From NCBI GenBank assembly GCA_030390025.1, contig CM059432.1:83082001-83146000 (forward strand): a stretch of 64,000 nucleotides of DNA, written 5' to 3'. The stretch comes from Squalus acanthias (Eukaryota). The translations under genes were made by a program, and so were the position numbers. Of the stretch, positions 51,060 to 62,149 are shown in pieces. Position 1 is the first letter of the stretch. Every line of letters starts with the position of its first letter. The notes under the pieces were generated by a model. That model saw nothing but the letters and a program-made list of their open reading frames with translations. It had not been told where the DNA came from and made no database searches.

Positions 51060-52403
51060 TACAAATGTTTGTCAAAGTGAATGAAATTTTCCAGTTACTT
51101 GGCTTCCAATTTCCACCCTTCCCTCACCTTCACATGGTCCATCTCTGACTCTTCCCTTCCTCAATTTCTCTGTCTCCATCTCCAGGGATAGGCTATTGAC
51201 AAACATTCACTACAAGCCCACCCCGCTTCCTGTAAGGACTCTATTCCATTCTCCCAGTTTCTCCGTCTCATCTGCTCTGACGATGCCACCTTCCATATTA
51301 GTGCTTCAGACATGTCTTCCTTTTTCCTCTACTGTGGTTGACACGGCCCTTGACCGGTGTCCATTCTATTTCCCGCACTTCTGCTCTCACCCCTTCCCCT
51401 CCCTCCCAGAATCACGATAGGGTTCCCCTTGTCCGCACTTTTCACACCACCAGCCTCCACATTCAACGGATCATCCTCCGCCATTTCCGCCACATCCAGC
51501 GTGATCCCATCACCAAACACATCTTCCCCTCACCTCCCCTTTCAGCATTCCGAAGGGACCGCTCCCTCCACGACACCCTGGTCCACTCCTCTATCACCCC
51601 CAACACCCCTTCCCCTTGCACCTTCCCGTGCAAGCGCAGAAGATGCAACACATGCCCTTTTACCTCCACCCTTCCCACTGTTCAGGGCCCCCAAACACTC
51701 CTTCCAGGTGAAATAGTGATTTACTTGTACTTCTTGCAATTTAGTATACTGTATTCGCTGCTCACAATGCGGTCTCCTCTACATTGGGGAGACCAAAACG
51801 CAGATCGGAGGTGTTCCGCAAAACGGTCACCCATTCAGTCCATAAGGGTGATCCCAAGCTTCCGGTCGCCTGTCACTTTAATGCTCTGCTCCACTCCCAC
51901 TCAGACCTCACCGTCCTCGGCCTCTTACACTGTTCCAATGAAGCTCAACGTAAGCTCGAGGAACAGCACCTCATCTTTCGATTCGGCACTTTACAGCCTT
52001 CTGGACTCAGTTCAACAATTTCAGACCATAACCTCTACCCCTATCCTTTTTTTCCCATTTTTTTTCTCACATGGCAGCTGGCTTTCATTCTGCCATTGCC
52101 ATTTACACTTAATCTAGAGCCATCTTTTGTTTCTTAACTTGTCCCATTACCATCTCCTTTTGCCTTGCCCCATCATACTTTTGTCTCTTAATCTCTCCTG
52201 CCTTCCATCCTATCACAGACCTTCCCTTTTGTTCTTTCCTCCCCTCCCCCTTTCCCTGCTCCTACACTTGCTTTAAAACCTGTTTCATCTCCAGCTTTTT
52301 CCAGTTCTGACGAAGGGTCATTGACCTGAAACGTTAACTCTGTTTCTCTCTCCACAGATGCTGCCTGACCTGCTGAGTATTTCCAGCATTTTACTGTTTT
52401 TAT
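51060..52403 (+). mobile_element. Penelope-like element 3' part with GIY-YIG endonuclease remnant and pLTR
   Basis: RRDRSLHDTLVHS, PCKRRRCNTCP, PVACHFN, RKLEEQHLIFRFGTLQPSGL. 3' end CAGATGCTGCCTGACCTGCTGAGTATTTCCAGCA. Confidence 0.9.
52303..52339 (+). ncRNA. Minimal type I hammerhead ribozyme motif in Penelope-like pLTR
   Basis: AGTT-CTGACGA-A-GGGTCA-T-TGACCT-GAAA-CG-TT-AACT: conserved core, helices I and II, palindromic AACGTT helix III. Confidence 0.75.
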
Positions 52404-53277
52404 ATCAGGAAGGCTGAAGCCACTGTCTTTGTGCCCCACAGCAAACACCGTTCCCTGGCCACCGATTCAACTCCCACCACCCTGCTATGGCCCAGATATA
52501 ACTAGACTGTTTGCAACCTCGGCATCCTGTTCAATGTTGAGCAGAGCTTCAGACTCCATTTCCTCTCCATCACAAAGACTGCATACTTCCACCATTGCAA
52601 CATTTTCTGCCTCTGCTCCTGAAATCTTTATACATGTATTTGTCACTTCCATACTCGACTACTCCAACACACTCCTTGCTGGCCACCTATCCTCCATTAA
52701 CTCCAAATTGTTAAAACGCACGTATCTTGTCCTGCACCAAGTCGTGCTCACCCATCACCCCGTCCTCGCTGACCTACAGTGGCGGAAATTTTAAATCCTG
52801 GCCTTAGTCTTCAAATCCCTCCGTGGCCTCACCCCACTTCATCTCCTTTATATATCCTTCTTGAACACCCCTTTCTTCTGAAAAGTCTTTTGCGGACTGG
52901 GTCTTAGGCTTTGGAATTCTCTCCTTAAATGCCTATGCCGCTCCATATCCTTTAAAAACCCATCTCTTCAACCAAACTTTTAATCTCCCTTCTTAATGTC
53001 TCCTTCTGTGGGTCAGTGTGTGTTTGTCTGCAGTAGCACCGTGCCTCTGAGTCAGAAGGTTGTGGGTTCAAGTCCCACTCCAGAGACTTGAGCAGAAAAA
53101 TCTAGGGTGACACTTCAGTGCAGTGCTGAGGGAGTGCTGCACTGTCAGAGGTGCCGTCTTTCAGATGAGTCGTTAAATTGAGGCCGTCTACTCTCTCAGG
53201 TGGACGTAAAAGATCCCATGGCACTATTTTGAAGGGTCGCACAACACCAGGTTATAGTCCAACAGTTTTATTTGAAA

Positions 53278-53320
53278 TCACAAGCTTTCGGAGCTATCGA
53301 TTTGCTCCTTCCTCAGGTGA
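53278..53320 (-). ncRNA. Minimal hammerhead ribozyme motif (left arm, mirror copy)
   Basis: Exact reverse complement of 53350-53392. Confidence 0.7.
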
Positions 53321-53349
53321 AGTAAATTAGATCCTGTATCTAATTTACT

Positions 53350-53392
53350 TCACCTGAGGAAGGAGCAAATCGATAGCTCCGAAAGCTTGTGA
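53350..53392 (+). ncRNA. Minimal hammerhead ribozyme motif (right arm)
   Basis: TCAC-CTGAGGA-A-GGAGC-AAATCGATA-GCTCC-GAAA-GC-TT-GTGA. Confidence 0.7.
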
Positions 53393-55439
53393 TTTCAAAT
53401 AAAACTGTTGGACTATAACCTGGTGTTGTGCGACCTCTCAATTTTGTCCACCCCAGTCCAACACCGGCATCTCCGCATCATGACCACTATTTTGAAGAGC
53501 AGGGGAATTACCCTCCTGGTCAATATTTATCCCTCGATCAACATCACTAAAACAAATTACCTGGTCATGATCACATTGCTATTTGTGGGAGCTTGCTGTG
53601 TGCAAATTGGCTGCTGTGTTTCCTGCATTACAACAGTGACTACACTTCAAAAAAGTACTTCATTGGCTGCAAAGTGCTTTGGGACGTCCGGTGATCGTAA
53701 AAAACGCTCTATAAATGCAAGTTTTTCATTCACCTATTCCTTGTCACATTATGTCAAAAGGCACTATATAAAAGGCAATTTGATAGTCTGAATATATTTC
53801 AAATTCCTGTTGGAAATGTCAGCACAATTTTGCCTTTGAAATATTCTGGCACAAAGCAGTATACCCATCAGTTAGAAGTTTGCGTACAGCACTGCGAATG
53901 GGTGGGCAGCACCATTTAGCCTTTTAGTTTGGACGTGTCTTAGGATTCTTCTGTCGTCAAAAAAATTAAAATGGACTTTCCTAAAATGGATACTTCATAA
54001 AATATAAAACTGGTTAGCCAACTTCCAGTCAAAGTTTTGGGCAGCAATCCATTGCATGCTCACAACACATGAGCCATTGAATAGATGTATGCTCTAATCA
54101 CAGTGACACATATCTAAAGCCTGCAATCTGCACCTCCAAATGGAAAGAAGAATGTCACCAAAGCTGACTATTTTTATCGAGAAACATTCTTTATAGAATT
54201 TTAACTACATAATTGCCAGTTTCTTTCCGTACAATTGCAAGATTTACTGATTTGCAAACATTTAACTTGTTAAAGCAGCTAGACTATAAACTACAAACAG
54301 ACAGAGATCATTTGAAAGCATTCATACTATTCCCTACACTATTTCCTGGCTTAGAGTGTAAGTAAGGTGCGCCCAAGCCTGGAGCAATATCCTACAAACC
54401 AGACAAAATATGATAGCATGGAGTGAACAGCTTCTCAAATGTTCTCTCCCCATGGGGAAGCTCACAACCTCTGATTGATGCCTCCTTGTTGCCCAGACAA
54501 GATCGTAAATTTGCCCTGTGGGGAAACATCAGAGATCCAATCACACAACAGTGCAGCACGGCGGAGTAGCAATTAAACTCCACCAGAAACTCTTATTGCC
54601 CACCTACTACTATGGAAAAGTCTCCTTTACAAATGCTAGCTGAACAAAGGTAGCTTCCAATTTACAGGTGATGACTATTTACACAATGCTAAGAATCAAA
54701 AAATCAGAAAATGCTGAAACTGAGAGGGGAGAAAGAGAGGGAGAGAGAAATGAAAAGAGGGGAGAGAACGATCGAGAGAGAAAGTGAGGGAGCAAGAAAG
54801 GTCAGCGGTGCAGGTCTCTGCAGTGAACATGCTCTTGAAGACCGGCCAGCTTTCTTCTTCACGAGCACATTCTCTACTGTAAACAATATGTAGGCTCTCA
54901 GTTTTGTACGTAGATAAAACAGGATTTATACACCGCTAGAAAAATGCAAACATGATGTTTGAACAGGTTAATGAGTTTGATTGCTACAATGCAGCCACTT
55001 TATTATGTGCAACGTGATGAAGTGTTAGATGTGATGAAGTGTTAACTGTGCTAATCGGTACACAGTACCCGTTAGATTCCACAGCTGTGAGCTGTAAGAA
55101 TTGAATTAGCTGTTACTGACTTTGATTGAGGCCCCAGTGGAGCGACAGATGGTACAGAAAGTACATTAAGACTATTTTCCTAATACAGCATTTAGAGAAT
55201 TAACTACAGGAATTTTAATAATTTACGAGTCTCGCAGCTAAACTTTTTATTTTGATAGGAATGAAAAAATGGTTTGGTACATCAAGATTGTGTTCATTTA
55301 ATCCTATTATTGATACAAGTGTTATTCATTTAAGTAGGTTTTACTATACTACTAATTTGGCGTCAGAATTACACCTGTATTGCCACCAAATTGGTAACAC
55401 TGTTGATCTCACTGACATACTTTCAAAACACAGGGAGGA

Positions 55440-55788
55440 AGATGCACTGCAGCAACTCTGCCAAGGCTCCTTCGACAGCACCTCCCAAACCTGCGACCTC
55501 TTCCACCTAGAAGGACAAGGGCAGCAGGCGCATGGGAACACCATCCCCTCCAAGTTCCCCTCCAAGTCACACACCATCCTGACTTGGCAGTATATCGACG
55601 ATCCTTCATCATCGCTGGGTCAAAATCCTGGCACTCCCTCCCTAACAGCACTGTGGGAGTACCTTCACCACATGGACTGCAGCAGTTCAAGAAGGCAGCT
55701 CACCACCACCTTCTCAAGGGCAACTAGGGATGGGCAATAAATGCTGGCCTTGCCAGCGACGCCCACATCCCATGACCGAATAATAAAG
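55440..55788 (+). mobile_element. 3' end of the second CR1-clade family
   Basis: Colinear with 17237-17580. Confidence 0.9.
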
Positions 55789-56064
55789 TGATGTCCACTG
55801 CCCACTGATACAGGTTGTCTGCAGGTACCCTTGCAGCAAATGGCACAGATCGGCAAGTGTCTGTGCCGACCTGGAGCACCAGTTCCCCAGACATTGGCAG
55901 GTAGCTGCTTCGAGGCTTGCAGAAAGGGTTGGTGCCATATAGCAGGTGCAGTAAGTGTGGCTTTTGCACCTGCTGGTCAAACTGGTGTACCTTCTTTCAT
56001 CTGGTCCTACCGCAGCCATGAAATACTGTAATTCTGGTGCTTCAAACCCCATTTAAAAAATGCA

Positions 56065-57630
56065 TTCATGGGATGTGGTCGTCACTGGCAAGGCCAGCAT
56101 TTATTGCCCATCCCCAACTGCCCTTGAAGGTAGTGGTGAGCCACCTTCTTGAACCACTGCAGTCCATGTGGTAAAGGTACTCCCACCACAGTGCTCTTAG
56201 GGAAGGAGTTCCAGGATTTTGACCCAGCGATGATGAAGGAATAGATATATATTTCCAAGTCAGGATGTTATGTGACTTGGAGGGGAACTTGGGCGTGGTG
56301 GTGTTCCCATGCGCCTGCTGCCCTTGTCCTTCTAGGCAGTAGAGGTCATGGGTTTGGGAGGTGCTGCCGAAGACTTGGCGAGTTGCTGCAGTGCATCGTG
56401 TAGATGGTGCACACTGCAGCCACGGTACGCCGGGAGTGATGTTTAAGGTGGTGGATGGAGTGCCAATCAAGCGGGCTGCTTTGTCCAGGATGGTGTCGAG
56501 CTTAGAGTGTTGTTGGAGCTGCACTCGCCCAGGCAAGTGGAGAGTATTCCATCACACTCTGACTTGTGCTTTGTAGGTGGTGGAAAGGCTTTAGGGAGTC
56601 AGGTGGCGAGTCACTTGCTGCAGAATACCCAGCCTCTGACCTGCTCTATGTGGCTGGTCCAGCTAAGTTTCTGGTCAATGCTGACCCTCAGGATGTTGAT
56701 AGTGGGGGATTTGACAATGGTAATGCCATTGAATGTCAAGGGAAGGTGGTTAGACTCTCTCTTGTTGGGAGTTCATTGCCTGGCACTTGTGTGGCACAAA
56801 TGTGACTTGCCACTTATCAGCCAAAGCCTGAATGTTGTCCAGGTCTTTCTGCATTCGGGCATGGACTGCTTCATTATCTGAGGAGTTGCGAATGGAACTG
56901 AACAGTGTAAACATCAGCGAACATCCCCACTTCTGACCTAATGATGGAGGAAAGGTCATTGAAGAAGTAGCTGAAGATGGTTGGACCTAGGACACTGCCC
57001 TGAGGAACTCCTGCAGCGAGTCCTGGGGCTGAGATGATTGGTCTCCAACAATCACAACCATCTGCCTTTGTGCTAGGTATGACTCCAGCCAGTGGAGACC
57101 CCCCCCCCCCGATTCCCACTGACATCAATTTTACTAGGTCTCCTTGATGCCACACTCGGTTAAATGCTGCCTTGATGTCAAGGGCAGTCACGCTCTCAAC
57201 TCTGGAATTCAGCTCTTTTGTCCATGTTTGGACCAAGGCTGTAATGAGGTCTGGAGCCAAGCGGTCCTGGCGGAACCCAAACTGGGCATCAGTGAGCAGG
57301 TTATTGGTGAGTTAAGTGCCGCTTGATAGCACTGTCAATGCCACCTTCCATCACTTTGCTGATGATTCAGAGTAAACTGATGGGGCGGTAATTGGTTGGA
57401 TTGGATTTGTTTTGTTTTTTGTGGACAGGACATACCTGGGCAATTTTCCACTTTGTCAGGTAGATGCCAGTGTTGTAGCTGTACTGGAACAGCTTGGCTA
57501 GAGGCGCAGCTAGCTCTGGAGTGTGAAGACGGGACTTTGTGGTGGTCACTCCTACCAATACGGTCATGGACAGATGCATCCGCATCCGGTAGATTGGTGA
57601 GGAAGAGGTCAAGTAGTTTTTTCCCCTCGT
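56065..57630 (-). mobile_element. Second CR1-clade family copy, 5'-truncated with internal deletion
   Basis: Minus ORFs with LDIKAAFNRVWH, GVPQGSVLGP, FAD, NYRPISLL. Confidence 0.9.
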
Positions 57631-58286
57631 ATTATCAATTTTACTTTTTTTTTTTAATTTGTTCTCGGGACATGGACGACAAAAAAAAAATTTAAAGGAA
57701 AGCTCAACATACCAAGCTCCAGGGACTCTACTTGGATACCCTATTGCTCCTATGGAAGTTCCTATTACAAGTGTACCTTTTTCACGTCCCTCTTCAGTCA
57801 TCCTGACTTCAATTACAGCAGACTTTTTGGTGAACAATATTCAACTATTTTAGGCTCCACATAAAACAAAAAATCTCAATCTTTAAAAAGATGAAAAGAT
57901 TACAAAGTGACAAAAATGAACAGAAGCCAATGCTAAAAATATACTGTAAAAGTTCAGAATTAAAAAAGGCAACAAAGGCATAGAACCTTTAAGAGTGCCA
58001 CAGCCCATTGAGCAAAGGGAGCAATCAGCCCAATCTGGTCTAAGTGGACAAAAAATTTAGCTATTATAATATTTAAATGAAGCTTGGCTACCTTTCAGTG
58101 AGACCACTTTAGGTCGATCCAAAAGTCCTACCAAAAAATAATGCTCGGCACTAAAGTGGTACAAATGCGGTTATATGGATCCGAGCCAGATATTCCTGTC
58201 TCAATCCTGTGCCATGAACTTTAGTGAAAGCAAAATTCCTGTAAATTTTGCTTGCCTATAACTAAAATTGCACTGCAAGTGACATA

Positions 58287-58638
58287 CAGGAAACTCTTTA
58301 TTAACCGGCACCCAAATATCCGGAAATCTCTCTTAACCGGCAAAATTCTTGAGTAGGTAACCGGGGTTTTCCTTCATCTCTCGTTTAAAATTAACTTTAA
58401 AAAAAAACCGAGGCGTTCGCCTTGTATCGGAGCGTGTAGATTGGGAGGGGAATGTGCAGCCCGGGTAGGCAGCGGACACGACAGATGGTCAGCTGGCGGT
58501 CCCCGGGGAGACGGAGCTCCGAATGCAGGCGCATGTCAATGTGTACGGGGCTCTCGTACGTTGGGAGATATAACTCTCCGTTATCCGGACTTTGATTAAC
58601 CGGCACCACGCCGGTCCCGGTTAATAAAGAGTTTCCTG
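58287..58638. mobile_element. 352-bp Tc1/mariner-pogo (Tigger-like) MITE
   Basis: Perfect 22-bp TIR CAGGAAACTCTTTATTAACCGG / CCGGTTAATAAAGAGTTTCCTG flanked by TA on both sides. Confidence 0.92.
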
Positions 58639-58714
58639 TATTTGGCCGATGTATTCAGAAAACTTACAAACAGGGCTTGTATAAAGCAAGTTGCATAGAA
58701 ATTGGCTCAACAAT

Positions 58715-58930
58715 CTCTGGTCTGTGCTACATTATCTGAGCTCAACTAGGACAGCATAATTGGCCTCATCATCCCCCGATTACTAAGAGAGTGGACAGGC
58801 TGGGGCGGTATCAGTCAGGTACCTACTCTCATCACAGTCTACGCTCCCATATGAAGGACCACATGGGAACAGTAGTATGCCTGCACTCGTACCTGAGCAC
58901 GAGTTACATCATCCGCAGGGGGAGGAGGAA
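58715..58930 (+). mobile_element. Old SINE-like repeat copy
   Basis: CTGGTCTGTGCT...AATTGGCCTCATC...CATATGAAGG...GCAGGGGGAGGAGG. Confidence 0.5.
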
Positions 58931-59169
58931 AAAGAAAATGGGACTTCAGTAAGCATTTTGAATTTTAATGTCTGTGCCATTCCCAAAAGCAACAAAGAGA
59001 TTTTACACTTTGAGGCAGCCGCGATTTACGGCCCCTGGTAAGGTGAGTGACTCAGCCAATCTGTACAGACAAGCTGTGCAGTTTATGCTCAGGCTATTGA
59101 GGAATGCATGGTAACTAGTAAACCTGGTCATGAGATGCAACTTTAAAATAACCATGAAATGTTAATATA

Positions 59170-59260
59170 AATTGTAGCGACTGCTGGACATCCCAAAGCA
59201 CTTTACAGCCAATTAAGTACTTTTGAAGTGTAGTCACTGTTGTAATGTAAGAAATATGGG
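59170..59260 (-). mobile_element. DeuSINE 3' fragment
   Basis: GGACATCCCAAAGCACTTTACAGCCAAT...GTAGTCACTGTTGTAATGTA. Confidence 0.8.
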
Positions 59261-59514
59261 GTAATTTTATAATTTCAGCAGAGAGCCACACTCGCAGGAG
59301 CACAGGTTGGAGAATCCAGGCTGTAAAGTGCTCTCTGTGAGCACAATTCCCTGCTGGGTGTGCTGAATGATGGAATTATTCACACCTTTTCTTCCCCCTA
59401 CCCACCACATGCACCAAAGCATAACGTGTAGTAACAACTATAATTTAATGAATTCTGATGAATAATAGGTACAAGTTAAAGCTCTACTGTCATCTCTAAA
59501 GACACATTTTGTTC

Positions 59515-59885
59515 CGTTGACCTAGTGGGTAAAGGCACCACACATTGAAACACTAAACTATACAGAACAAAAAGGTCTCTAGTTTGATTGGCAGTCCATG
59601 CTGAGTCAGTTGATCTCTGCTAGGGCAGCAGTTAGGACATGATAATTGGCTTCAGCACCTTAAGGGAGAGGGGGGGGGGGGGGGACAACACAAATATTAG
59701 CAAGAGTTCCTGGTCAATGGCTTTCTGAATATGCTCTCTGTAGTTAAATGATCTGCTGATATTAACTGGGCAAATTCATAAATGAAGAAAAAAGTAGCCA
59801 CTTGGTTAAGGTACCAGAGGGCAATTGGCATTGTGAAACGGTGGCCCAACAAATCAATATTTTCAGGAGAGGAATGGAGAAAATT
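59515..59885 (+). mobile_element. Old SINE-like repeat copy
   Basis: CTAGTGGGTAAAGGCACC...TGCTGAGTCAGTTGATCTC...AATTGGCTTCAGC...GCCACTTGG...TTCAGGAGAGGA. Confidence 0.6.
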
Positions 59886-60279
59886 TGCCAAAAAGCCCAC
59901 TGTATTTTTTACTTTACAACTGTACCAATCCCAATATCACCTTCCTGTGCTTTTTATTAAGTCTGACATTTTAGCAATATTGGGATTGGTGATTATACTA
60001 CATTATGCAAACAGCAACATTCCAACAAGCTGACAGTCAACAGTCACCTGAATCCATTATCACTTAATTTCACAATAACCTTCATGTGGATTGGGCATTG
60101 CTGTTTCAGTTGAGTAATAAGTCACACAACAATGGATTGTAATGCCACTGAAACTGTTTAACATACATGACTCAAAAGCAGGAATGTAGGCAGCGTTCAT
60201 TTATTTTTGTCCTGCCGTCAATTTTTAAATACCTATACTGTATCCTGTTCACAATCATCCATATGGGGCTCTCCGCAAT

Positions 60280-60615
60280 GGCTAAGCAAGTTTATTCAAG
60301 TAAATGAGCAGAGAAGATACTTAGCCAAAGTATCAGAGTGATTGGTACCCATGGAACCACAAAAGAACCAGAGGGGAGACGAGAACGTTTTTTATGCAGC
60401 GAATTATGATGATCTAGAATGCACAGCCTGAAAGGCTGGTGGAAGCAGATTCAATAGTAACTTTCAAAAGGGAATTGGATCAATACTTGAAAAAGGAAAG
60501 TTTGCAGGACTATGCGGAAAGAGCAGGAGAGTGGGACCAATTGGATAGCTCTTTCAAAGAGGCTTCTCAGGCACGATGGGCCAATGGCCTCCTTCTGTGC
60601 TGTAAGATTCTATGA
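60280..60615 (+). mobile_element. CR1 3' fragment
   Basis: CCTGAAAGGCTGGTGGAAGCAGATTC...CCTCCTTCTGTGCTGTAAGATTCTATGAT. Confidence 0.8.
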
Positions 60616-60741
60616 TACAATGCACCATGACAACAATGCCAATGGAATAAAGTTGGCAAGAAAAACAGCAAAATCTTTCACATGAAAAGTCATGTCCAAC
60701 AGCCACAAATTCTTTAAACACAAGCGGTTGTAACTATAAGG

Positions 60742-61722
60742 CAGGGGTTTCTCAACTGGGGGTCTGCAGCCCCCTGGGGTCCACGAGAAGACTTCAAGTG
60801 GTCCGCAATCGGGCCAGGGGTAGTGGAGAAGGGAGAGAAGGAGCCGTCACCACCCCCACGCCATTTGCAAAGGCTCCACTTGCTGGATCCATCTGCCTCC
60901 TCCCCCACGACAGCGACGTCGCTTTAGCCTGGGCTTACATCCGCAATGCACCGCTGAAGCCGAGCCACAGTGGGGGCTGGCCTGCTCTGTGCTTCTCTCC
61001 CTCACTCACTGTAGGCCGCCTGCACCCTCCCCAGCTGTTGTGTCATGTATTGAGGGGTATTGAGGGGAAGCAGCGCCACCGGAACATCACCAACCACCAC
61101 CAACAGCGTCCCTCCTGCTGTGGCTGGTGGCAGAGAAGATTAAAAATAACACATCGAGAATGGGTTTCGAGTGAAATTAAACTTTTGAAAATAAAATGAC
61201 ACTAAAGCGGTTTTAAATATAAACAGACCTGGCGTGAAAAAAAACACGCCTAAATAGAAAGGGGGAGGGGCTGAAAGGTCCGACCTTCCCTTCGATAGAC
61301 TAACGTTATCCAATCAGAACGTGCATCATTTTGAGACGTGATGCAGAGGCGTGCTGGGAGCAATTGAGCAGCTGCCAGGTGCTGTTGTCACGCAGATGTC
61401 TGGGATGTGTTAAACACTGGTCACACTGAAACTCCCGCAAACCCTTCATGTTCCGTTACAAGGGCAAGGCAGCAATGCCTCGAGTGCTGCAGGTGTGGCC
61501 AGAAAAACAATCGGTGCTTTGCACTCAGGTCATGCACGCAAGGGCGCCCGTTTTCCAGTGCACTCTCTGATCCAGCAGCTTTATTTCAAGCTGCTTGTAT
61601 TTTTTTTTTTTTATATACACACAGAAACAATACTTGTGTTGGGTCACAGGGGGTCCGTGGATTTTTTTTTTTTTTAAAACACGGGAGGGGTGTCTCAGAA
61701 GCAAAAAGGTTGAGAATCCCAG
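60742..61722. mobile_element. ~980-bp non-autonomous hAT-Charlie-type element
   Basis: Ends CAGGGGTTTCTCAAC / GTTGAGAATCCCAG, subterminal GGGGTCC repeats, degenerate 8-bp TSD CTATAAGG / CTCCAAGG. Confidence 0.7.
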
Positions 61723-61759
61723 CTCCAAGGTCTTTTCCTCTCCCCACCCCTATTCTCAA

Positions 61760-62105
61760 AGACAGAGTTCCATAAGCTCAGCAGGTCTTCACTACTTTAG
61801 CCATTCTTCATATCAGTCTTGACTGTGCACCAACAGGCTATTTCACTATGGGGGAATAAGGAAGTATCACACCTGAGCCTGATCCTATCCTCACCCAACA
61901 TCCATAGCTATCTCGTGATGTCTGTCCATATCTATCAGGAGTGGGAACCCTAGCTGATTTATATCTCCTCCATAGCCCAAGAAAACCAAGCCTAATTACA
62001 ATACAGCCGCCCCAACTAACTCAGCCCAGACTAAGTGTGAACCTAGGGCCATCCTGGTCTTCATGGTTCGGTGCTCACCAGATAGGTCCACTACCCACAG
62101 CCATA
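61760..62105 (-). mobile_element. Old SINE-like repeat copy
   Basis: CCATTCTTCATAT..., CCTGATCCTATCCTCACC, GGAACCCTAGCTGATTT are reverse complements of family motifs. Confidence 0.6.
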
Positions 62106-62149
62106 AGGACATGCCACCTCAGATATATTTATTTTATAGAAGAACAAAC

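Larger units (their letters stand above)
50935..53030 (+). mobile_element. Decayed L2 (50935-51059 + 52404-53030) split by Penelope-like insertion
   Basis: ORF 52429-52794 includes IHVFVTSILDYSNTLLAG. ATCAGGAAG(A/G)CTGA duplicated at both junctions. Confidence 0.7.
53235..53484 (+). mobile_element. 250-bp Penelope-pLTR-like foldback element with perfect 98-bp inverted repeat
   Basis: Arms 53235-53332 and 53338-53435, loop CCTGT, 49-bp unpaired tail, 13-bp TSD CACTATTTTGAAG (53222-53234, 53485-53497). Confidence 0.85.
53030..53730 (+). mobile_element. DeuSINE interrupted by palindromic insertion
   Basis: Head, central domain and tail as in 63290-63640. Confidence 0.9.

Noticed and set aside
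51338..52117. 259-aa ORF as an intact gene
   Set aside because: It is a frameshifted Penelope remnant, and only part is in the true frame.
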